A program made the translations under genes and the position numbers. Positions 20,601-27,586 of a stretch of 64,000 nucleotides of DNA are shown one piece after another (within the stretch, counting starts at the first letter, position 1; every line of letters begins with the position of its first letter). The notes under the pieces were generated by a model. It searched no databases, had not been told where the DNA came from, and was given only the letters and a program-made list of their open reading frames with translations. The DNA comes from Candidatus Kapaibacterium sp. GTDB taxonomy: Bacteria; Bacteroidota; Ignavibacteria; Kapaibacteriales; Kapaibacteriaceae. The stretch lies in contig VFFB01000004.1 of assembly GCA_018882585.1 (NCBI GenBank), forward strand, positions 5,175 to 69,174. The letters run 5' to 3'.

Positions 20601-21887
20601 GCATTTGACTATGCCATCGAACAATGGGGCGGTGAGTATCGCAAGCAGCAGAACGGCGAGGTAACAGGCGGACCGACGGACGTTTACGTTGGTGCGTCGC
20701 GTGCCAAGGCCGAGACATATAGTGCTTCGGAAGAGAACTTGCCCCCGGCCTACTTCGAGCTGCCGTTTGAAGGCTTCCAGGCATTGTGGGACGCAAGCCA
20801 CAACAATGGTCCCGGCGTCTATGAGTTGGAGTTCACAGAGGGTGGTACCGAGACGATCGTCACATCATTCCGTATGGCCGAAGCTGCGGGTGATGCTCCC
20901 GGTAAGTCTCCGATCGTGCGGTTCGAGAACGTGCCGTATCTGAATGTCAAGCTCCGTAATCTGAACGAGTACAAGCGCGTCGAGGACATCAATGGTGTTC
21001 CGACGGATGTGACCGTCTCGTATGCAAAGGTTCCGTATCGCCATGTGACACAGCCGGCGCCGACGCCTGCCGAGGCAGAGCAATTCCCGAAGGCCACCCA
21101 GGTGCCGCTTGACGGTTTCACCATGGCAGCCTATGGATGGCGCAATACGCGTAACGGCGATAACTCAGCACAGCGCCGCGCCAACTTTGCTGCGGATTCC
21201 AACAACGGTCGTCCGCTTGGTCAAGGACGCTACTACCTGTCACGTGCTCTTTCGACGACCGGTAAGGACACGCTCGACTTCTGTCACGTCATTAGCGTTG
21301 GCGGTGCCGAATTCATGATCGATTACTCCTGGCGTGCACGTCGCTCGAACCGTAGCAGCTCGCTCCTGCCGCCGTCGGTAACGGTGCCGGATGCGCTGCC
21401 GCGTGCAGACTTCAAGGCAGGAGACAAGATCGTCTTCCGCACCTTTGGCGGAGCTCTTGGTTTCCCGTTCGACAACGCAAAGGTCGATATCAAGGTCGAG
21501 CAGTACGACCCGGGCGTTGCCGGTGGTGGATACAGCGAAGAGCAGCTCGATCAGGTGCAGGTTGCTCCCAACCCGTACTACGTAACACATGAAGGCATGC
21601 GGTCACCCTTCGAGGGCCGACTGTACTTCACGCGTCTGCCACGCCAGGCGACGATCAACATCTACACGTCGTCGGGCAGCCTTGTGCAGACCATCAAGCA
21701 TAACGAGCTCACCAGCGAGTCACCGTCGAAGACCAGCGTCGAAGTGTGGGACCTGCTGTCCCGCAATCGTCAGCGCGTGGCAAGCCAGATGCTCGTTGCC
21801 GAGATCATCGATGACGTGACCGGTAATAAGGTGATGCGGAAGTTCACCATTGTCGTGGGCCCCGCCCGCATTATTTCAGGACAGTGA
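17604..21887 (+). CDS. 1,427-aa secreted protein of unknown function with a degenerate T9SS-CTD/FlgD-Ig-like C-terminus
   Basis: ATG 17604 gives signal peptide MNIRWFHRSALIAIVAMGILVMGTSA. I recognise no catalytic motif. The C-terminal ~100 aa (VAPNPYYVTHEG...ATINIYTSSGSLVQTI...VEVWDLLSRNRQRVASQMLVAEII...KFTIVV) are CTD-like but divergent. The gene lies 46 nt after the TonB receptor gene and 14 nt before the PorV-like gene. Confidence 0.85.
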   Translation: MNIRWFHRSALIAIVAMGILVMGTSARTKDPVKTKGEKGGGEQVQRTPRSTFDQQSNIVSNFAFTVTNYGIFGLDVAASRGAGIWPRGSQNQYLFGAGAWFAALKRPKGSTELRKRVIVGYNPNSGDSWMVPGSIDDGFELQNTSEGLYKNRLYFSTDFNSASGQPYESNAALTNWPLWDAVPNDTLRFNNYYGSYINDITLREKGIYQKGPAFISEEDIFCVYKDTDLERYEGGAARRSAEGYPLGFQVEQTMYSWGFGDYADMVFVKYLFIHPQQFQDTLFQCWMASVIDVDIALTTNSQLGADNDRARYFEEEPELNLAIQWTNGNRGESGRGFGYLGFNFLESPAVDADGFIRKDKRQFAVSEQLGLQTMRNWPITFDPIENEERYNFMSSRDKDGDQGAGDRRLMMATGPFNVKPGDSARIVVGIVLASTALGGDATGELADMAELTRKVRFAQFVYDNNFRAPTPPDPSDIKGMPSPDLAVQIPAVGFMPLNNAVIIQWDSTAELSVDTLERGMDFLGYRIYRSRRPDLDTYDLDEIATKRRSPLAWKQIGTLALPSPWVKSVNVAGSSGVRIDEFELADPIKPGQRRFLVARSPSTAGPWGKYFTELINSRPASYRVQSKADSMLDVTRFDTFDKSRFVYLTTQFEDLPRVRRGSAAAGTFGGNFLLDTVEAKAAKDSLIKLIQARRVKMEPLLFADTVQFDSAGTKIVKNVLRPWEETSAIRHGVFSPYMRSLRGGKFLGARTFFDDGDDNGDGRINYTANPLQSEKLINNVDYYYAVRAFDEGDYLLPTPQKLNGKAVGLPNVINVRPAAARAGDAPSVSLSVSDEMRDRLGGIYNIRLLIKEPQKFNQMFAGRNLELEFYREWSRTDGDQNQQTTDDQIGLYGVTMFLRDKDSRQTIGAWTSLLPPELCPSVNVFTTRGGAPGYFTENSSTWVDTNQVRIDTIYTNPITIDTVDFGLPDNTDKILRYGTYTSDAACFGPSGYALGVVGLAFDYAIEQWGGEYRKQQNGEVTGGPTDVYVGASRAKAETYSASEENLPPAYFELPFEGFQALWDASHNNGPGVYELEFTEGGTETIVTSFRMAEAAGDAPGKSPIVRFENVPYLNVKLRNLNEYKRVEDINGVPTDVTVSYAKVPYRHVTQPAPTPAEAEQFPKATQVPLDGFTMAAYGWRNTRNGDNSAQRRANFAADSNNGRPLGQGRYYLSRALSTTGKDTLDFCHVISVGGAEFMIDYSWRARRSNRSSSLLPPSVTVPDALPRADFKAGDKIVFRTFGGALGFPFDNAKVDIKVEQYDPGVAGGGYSEEQLDQVQVAPNPYYVTHEGMRSPFEGRLYFTRLPRQATINIYTSSGSLVQTIKHNELTSESPSKTSVEVWDLLSRNRQRVASQMLVAEIIDDVTGNKVMRKFTIVVGPARIISGQ

Positions 21888-21901
21888 GAGGGTTGACCAC
21901 G

Positions 21902-22984
21902 ATGAAAACTACCGCAATGCATACACTTCGCGCCCTCGTCCTGATCCTCGTCGCCGCTGGATCATCGTCGATTGCAAGCGCACAGCCGATCGCCGTTACC
22001 GCAGGTGAATTCACCAAGGTTGGTCTTGCCGGCGGACAGTTTCTAAAGATCGGCGTTGGCGCCCGCGGCACCGGTATGGCCGGTGCATTCAGCGGTCTGG
22101 CGAACGATCTGACGTCGCTGTACTGGAACCCCGCCGGTGCAGCAGACATCAAGAATTACGCTGCCGATGCACATACCACATTCTGGTTTGCCGGCATGCA
22201 GCACAGCTTTGCTGCGGCTATCATGCCTGTGAGCGAAAAACTCCGCGCGGCCGTGTCCTTCACGTCGTTCAACTCTGGTGATATCCAGATCACCACCATG
22301 GACCAGCAGGATGGAACAGGCGGCATCTACAGCGTGTCGGATATTGCCCTTGGTTTCTCCCTCTCGGGATACCTCACAGAGCAGTTTGCCTTCGGTGTCA
22401 CAGCAAAGTATGTGCAGCACGCATTCTCGCAGATGTCGGCCGGCGGCTTCGTCTTCGACATCGGCACACGCTACAACACCGGATTCAATGGTATGACCCT
22501 TGGCTTTACCATCACGGGTCTTGGCACTGAACAGACGTTCACCGGCCCCGAAGTGAACCGTACGAATGCTCCTTTCAGTGGCATCAACACGACACCGCTG
22601 GATATGACCTTGGCGACGTCGTCGTTCAACCTGCCCCTGTCGTTTCGTGCAGGCCTGGGTGTCGATCTGTTCAAGGGCTTCCTTGATGTTGCTCCGCCAA
22701 CCGATACCGACGGTACCATCATCCACAACTGGCTTGTTGGCCTCGATTTCGAGACACTGTCAGACGTGCCCGAGCAGTTTGCCATCGGCACCGAATACAC
22801 CTTCCGTGAATTCGTGACCGTGCGTGCCGGCTATCGCTTCGGCCACGACCAGTTCGGTCTTGCCGCAGGCCTTGGCCTCCGCTATACCAGTGGAGATTTC
22901 GATGGTAGTGTCGATTACTCGATCAATCCCTCGGCTAACCTGGGACTGGTAAACCGTATCAGCCTGTCGATGCGGTTCAACTAA
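21902..22984 (+). CDS. PorV/PorQ-family outer-membrane beta-barrel protein (T9SS-associated)
   Basis: ATG 21902 is preceded by GAGAGG. After the signal peptide comes the family N-terminal signature AGGQFLKIGVGARGTGMAGAFSGLANDLTSLYWNPAGAA. The barrel ends ...ISLSMRFN. Confidence 0.8.
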   Translation: MKTTAMHTLRALVLILVAAGSSSIASAQPIAVTAGEFTKVGLAGGQFLKIGVGARGTGMAGAFSGLANDLTSLYWNPAGAADIKNYAADAHTTFWFAGMQHSFAAAIMPVSEKLRAAVSFTSFNSGDIQITTMDQQDGTGGIYSVSDIALGFSLSGYLTEQFAFGVTAKYVQHAFSQMSAGGFVFDIGTRYNTGFNGMTLGFTITGLGTEQTFTGPEVNRTNAPFSGINTTPLDMTLATSSFNLPLSFRAGLGVDLFKGFLDVAPPTDTDGTIIHNWLVGLDFETLSDVPEQFAIGTEYTFREFVTVRAGYRFGHDQFGLAAGLGLRYTSGDFDGSVDYSINPSANLGLVNRISLSMRFN

Positions 22985-23006
22985 TCCAGGACGTTCGTCG
23001 TTTACT

Positions 23007-23046
23007 GAATGCCGCCGACAACCATGTTCGGCGGCATTCGTTGTTT
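23007..23046 (+). terminator. Rho-independent terminator after the PorV-like gene
   Basis: GAATGCCGCCGA (23007-23018), 8-nt loop, TTCGGCGGCATTC (23027-23039), followed by GTTGTTT. Confidence 0.55.
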
Positions 23047-23057
23047 CGGAGGTGTCC

Positions 23058-24476
23058 ATGCGCAAGATCTTCATTGTCGTTCTGCTGACAGTATGCTCGC
23101 TTCGCGTCGTAGCAGAGACTAGCATCGACCTCGTAGCCGATGTCGTGCAGTTTCGCGCCGACGCAACCCATGCGCTTTGGGAGTTCCATTATGCCTTCCC
23201 CGACACAGCGTTGCGCTATGTGCCCTCGAATGGCTCCTTCGTGGGCGAGATGTACTTCAATCTGATGCTTACCAATACTCTTGGTGATACGATTCGCCAA
23301 GAGTGGATCGCCTCGGCGGCTGCAGCATCACAGACACCAATCCATGAGCGTTTCCTTAGCGGTATCCGTTCGGCCGTCGTCGCAGCTGGCCAGTACACGG
23401 TCAGCCTCGTCGCTTTCGACATGAACGATACCACGTCGCGGTCATCAACGTCGTTCACCACCGTGGTGAATCCGTTTTCGTCCGACGTTGGCATGAGTGA
23501 GATCATGTTCACATTGCCCGGCACCGACATCACACCAGGTATGGATCAGCGATTCGTTCGAAATGGACAGGCAGCCATGCCAAATCCGCGTCACGAATTC
23601 GTTGGCTCCGACCCCTGGATCTCGGTCTATGCCGAAGTCTATAATGCCAAGTCAAAGGGGCTGGGTTCGTACTCGATGTGGTACGAAGTGCTTGATAACG
23701 CTCGCCGCGAGGTCATGTCGGTATCCTTTGAACGACAAGGCCTGGCCGACGCACTCGTCGAACGCGCCGAGTTCCCGGCCGACACGTTGCCGAGCGGGGT
23801 CTATTATCTGCGGATGAGCCTGCGCAACGCCGAGGGAGACAAGACCTATGCCACCCGCGAAGACCGCTTCTACCTGATGAATCCCGACCGTCCGCCGGTG
23901 CAGCAGGAACTACTTACCGAAGACGAGCGATTCGAGCGCTCCGAATGGGCAACGCACCGTGGCGATCGACTGGAGCTCGAACTCAACCTTAGTGACGTGC
24001 TTGCATCGTCGGCCGAAAAGACCACCCGTTCTGGCTGCAATACGGAGCGAGCAAAGCAGCGATACCTGTTCACGTTCTGGAATGCTCGCGATCCTAAGCC
24101 CGAGACTGATGTCAACGAACGACTCGAAGAGTTCCGTACCTGCTATAACCGAGCACAGTCCTACTATGCCAGTCCGGCCTTCCCGAATGGTTGGAAATCG
24201 GACCGAGGAAAGATCCTGCTCAAGTATGGCATCCCTACACAGGTCGAGCAGCACTTTCAGACGACCGACAAACGTGCCTACGAGGTGTGGCTCTTCCGCA
24301 ATCTGCAGGGAGGATCCTACTTCTACTTCGTTGATCGATGGGCCGACGGAAACCACCGCCTGGTGCACTCGACAATGTTCGGTGAGATCCGCGACGAAAA
24401 GTGGATGGAACGATACGTCGACATCTTCGTGTCCGATCCTGACCGAAATCGCAAATCGCGAGATGATATCCGCTGA
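23058..24476 (+). CDS. GWxTD domain-containing secreted protein
   Basis: ATG 23058 lies 6 nt after GGAGG; the track ORF starts at GTG 23052. Signal peptide present. The C-terminal PNGWKSDRGKILLKYGIPTQVEQH...YEVWLF matches the GWxTD domain signature. Confidence 0.85.
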   Translation: MRKIFIVVLLTVCSLRVVAETSIDLVADVVQFRADATHALWEFHYAFPDTALRYVPSNGSFVGEMYFNLMLTNTLGDTIRQEWIASAAAASQTPIHERFLSGIRSAVVAAGQYTVSLVAFDMNDTTSRSSTSFTTVVNPFSSDVGMSEIMFTLPGTDITPGMDQRFVRNGQAAMPNPRHEFVGSDPWISVYAEVYNAKSKGLGSYSMWYEVLDNARREVMSVSFERQGLADALVERAEFPADTLPSGVYYLRMSLRNAEGDKTYATREDRFYLMNPDRPPVQQELLTEDERFERSEWATHRGDRLELELNLSDVLASSAEKTTRSGCNTERAKQRYLFTFWNARDPKPETDVNERLEEFRTCYNRAQSYYASPAFPNGWKSDRGKILLKYGIPTQVEQHFQTTDKRAYEVWLFRNLQGGSYFYFVDRWADGNHRLVHSTMFGEIRDEKWMERYVDIFVSDPDRNRKSRDDIR

Positions 24477-25360
24477 TGTCGGTGCGTGATACCATGATCA
24501 CGACGCTGCTGCGCGCCGTAGGCGCGTACAGCGGCAGACGTTCGCCGTCGGCTCGTCAAGCCTTGGGACGAACCCTCGGTCATGTGATGATGCGCATCAA
24601 CGCCAGACGTCGAGACATCACGACGACGAACGTCAGCCGTGCATTTCCCGAGATGGAGCCTGCTGACGTCACTTCCATCGTCCGCGGATCCTATGAGAAC
24701 CTCGGCATTACCTTGGCAGAACTGCTGGCAGTACCGTCGATGTCGGCAGATGGTGTTGCATCCAGTGTCGATTTCCCGGGATTGGACGTCATCGCTGACC
24801 GCATTGCCCGACGTCAGCCAACAGTACTGGTCTCGGGTCATTACGGCAACTGGGAGCTGCTCGCCATGGCTGCCGGCATCAAGCTGGGTCATCCGCTCAA
24901 CGTGGTCGTTCATCCGCAAAAGAATGCATCAGCCGATGTCATCCTGAATGGCTATCGCTCCAGGTACGGCAACAAGCTCGTGCCAATGCGGGAAGCCGCC
25001 CGCACGCTGATACGCACATTGCAGGATGGTGGCCTTGTGGCGCTGCTCGCGGATCAGCATGCAAACGCGGAGAAAGATGCGTGGGTCGAGTTCTTTGGTC
25101 GGCCCACACCAACCTACGAAGCACCGGCCGCGCTGGCGCTTCGCTTTGGTGCTCCGATCGTCGTGGCATTTGCCGAGCGACAGCCTGACGGACGCTACGT
25201 GGCTCCGATCGAGCTGATTCCGAGTGATGACCTGTCGGCGACGCCAGACGGTGTGCTTGAGCTCACGAAACGTCACGTGCAGGCGCTCGAACGTGCCATC
25301 CGCCGAAATCCGTCCATGTGGTCGTGGCAGCATCGACGTTGGCGACAGGATCGGCCATGA
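24476..25360 (+). CDS. Lipid A biosynthesis (LpxL/HtrB-type) lysophospholipid acyltransferase family protein
   Basis: The HX4(D/E) acyltransferase motif sits in VLVSGHYGNWELLA. Start codon shares one base with the GWxTD gene's stop codon (TGATG). Confidence 0.8.
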   Translation: MSVRDTMITTLLRAVGAYSGRRSPSARQALGRTLGHVMMRINARRRDITTTNVSRAFPEMEPADVTSIVRGSYENLGITLAELLAVPSMSADGVASSVDFPGLDVIADRIARRQPTVLVSGHYGNWELLAMAAGIKLGHPLNVVVHPQKNASADVILNGYRSRYGNKLVPMREAARTLIRTLQDGGLVALLADQHANAEKDAWVEFFGRPTPTYEAPAALALRFGAPIVVAFAERQPDGRYVAPIELIPSDDLSATPDGVLELTKRHVQALERAIRRNPSMWSWQHRRWRQDRP

Positions 25361-26382
25361 CGAAACTTGATCGTATCGCCGTTGTTCAGACGGCCTTCAT
25401 CGGCGATGTGCTGCTGACGCTGCCCATGATGCGTGCGCTGCGCGCCGAATGCCCGAATGCCGAACTCACGTTGGTGACGACGCCTGCCGGCGCCGAGATC
25501 GCCAAAGGTGTTTCGTGGATCGATCACGTTGCCGTGTTCGACAAACGCGGAGAGCATCGCTCGACGGCTGCCATGCGCGGCTTTGCCGCGGGCCTGCGGC
25601 CCGTCGATGCACTGCTGGTGCCGCACAAAAGCTTCCGCACCCTGCGCCTCGTTCGCATGATCAATGCCCCCTGCGTGATCACGTATGATGATGCGTGGAC
25701 GAAGTGGGGAGCGACCGTACGGGTGCCGTATCCAGCCCCGCTGCATGATGCCGACCGACACCTGGAGCTGTTGCGGGGATTGCTGCCGACGGCGACCTGG
25801 ACCAAGGAGCAGTGCGTCCCGATGGTGCTGTCTACCGAAGACGATCGTGTGCAGGCCCTGCTCCACGTAAGAGATCTTGGACCGTTCGTCGTGGTTGCGC
25901 CTGGAACGGCATGGCCAACAAAGCAGTGGCCAACGATACGAATGCAGGAAGTTGCGACGATGATCGTCAATGCCGGTCGCCGCGTTGTCGTGCTTGGTGA
26001 CCGTTCTGTCCGAGGATGCATACAAGGCCCCGGAATAGTCGATCTTTGTGGGCGCACGACACTTCGTGAGTCGGCTGCGATCATTGCGATGGCGACGTCC
26101 ATCGTATGCAATGACTCGGCGCCGTTGCATCTTGCATCGCTGCAGAGCGTTCCCGTGGTCGCAGTTTTTGGTCCAACAACGACTGACTTCGGATTTGGTC
26201 CGTTCGGCAGCCGCAATGCGGTCGTCGAGCAAGATCTGCCGTGCCGACCATGCAGCCCCCATGGCACGGCTGCATGTCCGCTTGGCACTCACGCTTGTAT
26301 GACCGGTATCGATGCAGATCGTGTCATGCGTGAAATCGAACACCTGCATCACTCAGTACCTGCATCACCATTCACGTCGTGA
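25357..26382 (+). CDS. Glycosyltransferase family 9 (LPS heptosyltransferase-like)
   Basis: ATG 25357 overlaps the upstream stop (ATGA). The N-terminus IAVVQTAFIGDVLLTLPMMRALR and the C-terminal Cys-rich LPCRPCSPHG...CPLGTHACMTGI are typical of GT9 enzymes. Confidence 0.8.
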   Translation: MTKLDRIAVVQTAFIGDVLLTLPMMRALRAECPNAELTLVTTPAGAEIAKGVSWIDHVAVFDKRGEHRSTAAMRGFAAGLRPVDALLVPHKSFRTLRLVRMINAPCVITYDDAWTKWGATVRVPYPAPLHDADRHLELLRGLLPTATWTKEQCVPMVLSTEDDRVQALLHVRDLGPFVVVAPGTAWPTKQWPTIRMQEVATMIVNAGRRVVVLGDRSVRGCIQGPGIVDLCGRTTLRESAAIIAMATSIVCNDSAPLHLASLQSVPVVAVFGPTTTDFGFGPFGSRNAVVEQDLPCRPCSPHGTAACPLGTHACMTGIDADRVMREIEHLHHSVPASPFTS

Positions 26383-26398
26383 CGACGCAACCCATACC

Positions 26399-27586
26399 AT
26401 GAATCAACGAAAACCATCACGTCCGTCATCCGCCCGCCGCGATGAACGCTCTTCATCATCCCGTACTTCGGACCGTCGTTCGTACGACAAGCCATCAGGC
26501 GAGCGTCGTTCGTACGACAAGCCATCGGGCGAGCGTCGTCCGTACGACAAGCCATCGGGCGAGCGTCGTTCGTACGACAAGCCATCAGGCGAGCGTCGTT
26601 CGTACGACAAGCCCTCGGGCGAGCGACGTTCGTACGACAAGCCATCAGGCGAGCGACGTTCGTACGACAAGCCATCGGGCGAGCGCCGTTCGTACGATAA
26701 GCCATCAGGCGAGCGTCGTTCGTACGACAAGCCATCGGGCGAGCGTCGTTCGTACGACAAGCCCTATCGTGAGCGTCGTACAGACGACAGACCCTTTCGT
26801 GAGCGTCGTACAGACGACAAGCCTTCAATGGAACGGCGTGAGACCGGCCAAACGCGAACCGAGTTGCCGCCGGACCAGCAGCGATTGAACAAAGCCATTG
26901 CCGATGCCGGTGTGGCGTCAAGGCGACATGCCGACGAAATGATCGCTGCCGGACGTGTACGTATCAACGGCGAGATCGTCACCGAGTTGGGCTCTCGTGT
27001 CGGCATTGATGACATGGTCACCGTCGATGGTGAACCGATCACGCGTACCAAGCACCTTACGTACGTCATTCTGAATAAGCCGAAGGACATCATCACCACA
27101 GCGTCGGATGAAAAGGGCCGGTCGACGGTGTTCGACATCGTGCGCATTCACACGCGTCTGTTCACGATTGGACGCTTGGACCGTAACACCACGGGACTGC
27201 TGTTGCTGACCAATGACGGTGAGCTCGCGCATCGGCTGATGCATCCCAGCTACGAAGTGCCGCGTGTATACCGTGCCCGCCTCGACAAACCACTCAAGCC
27301 GGTCGATGCAAAGCAGATCGCCGCAGGCGTCGAACTTGAAGACGGTATGACGTCGCCATGCGAAGTCATGATCGATCCGAGAGATTCGCACGTTGCCCAC
27401 ATCGCATTGCATGAAGGACGCAACCGCGAAGTGCGCCGACTATTCGAAGCACTCGGCTATGACGTCAAGTCGCTTGACCGGAAGCAGTACGCCTTTCTGA
27501 CGATCCGTGGCATGCAGCGTGGCGAGTATCGTCACCTGACAAGGGATGAAGTGAACGAACTCCGTAAGCTTGTGCGCCTGTCATGA
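26399..27586 (+). CDS. rluB: 23S rRNA pseudouridine synthase (RluB/RsuA family) with a ~155-aa N-terminal Arg-rich tandem-repeat extension
   Basis: ATG 26399. The S4 domain is QRLNKAIADAGVASRRHADEMIAAGRVRINGEIV. The catalytic-Asp motif is GRLDRNTTGLLLLTNDGELAHRLMHP. These are preceded by about 10 copies of RRSYDKPSGE plus degenerate copies. Confidence 0.85.
   Translation: MNQRKPSRPSSARRDERSSSSRTSDRRSYDKPSGERRSYDKPSGERRPYDKPSGERRSYDKPSGERRSYDKPSGERRSYDKPSGERRSYDKPSGERRSYDKPSGERRSYDKPSGERRSYDKPYRERRTDDRPFRERRTDDKPSMERRETGQTRTELPPDQQRLNKAIADAGVASRRHADEMIAAGRVRINGEIVTELGSRVGIDDMVTVDGEPITRTKHLTYVILNKPKDIITTASDEKGRSTVFDIVRIHTRLFTIGRLDRNTTGLLLLTNDGELAHRLMHPSYEVPRVYRARLDKPLKPVDAKQIAAGVELEDGMTSPCEVMIDPRDSHVAHIALHEGRNREVRRLFEALGYDVKSLDRKQYAFLTIRGMQRGEYRHLTRDEVNELRKLVRLS
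26474..26833 (+). repeat. Tandem 30-bp coding repeat, 12 units (10 near-identical plus 2 degenerate)
   Basis: The unit cgtcgttcgtacgacaagccatc[a/g]ggcgag repeats head-to-tail with only a few substitutions per unit. It is in frame within the rluB-like gene and encodes the decapeptide RRSYDKPSGE. Confidence 0.95.

Noticed and set aside
17604-21887. Identification of the giant gene next to porV as the T9SS sortase PorU
   Set aside because: PorU and PorV are adjacent in characterised Bacteroidota, so this was the first hypothesis. However, I could not find gingipain/C25-like His and Cys motif contexts or the typical PorU N-terminal blocks. It is kept as a test to run rather than as a call.
26474-26833. 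A regular 30-bp repeat array that at first glance resembles a CRISPR array
   Set aside because: The units are contiguous with no spacers and lie in frame inside the rluB-like ORF, where they encode a decapeptide repeat. No cas genes or leader are nearby. The open alternative-frame and antisense ORFs across it (26442..26888, 26404..26760, 26349..26921) are by-products of a stop-free tandem repeat.
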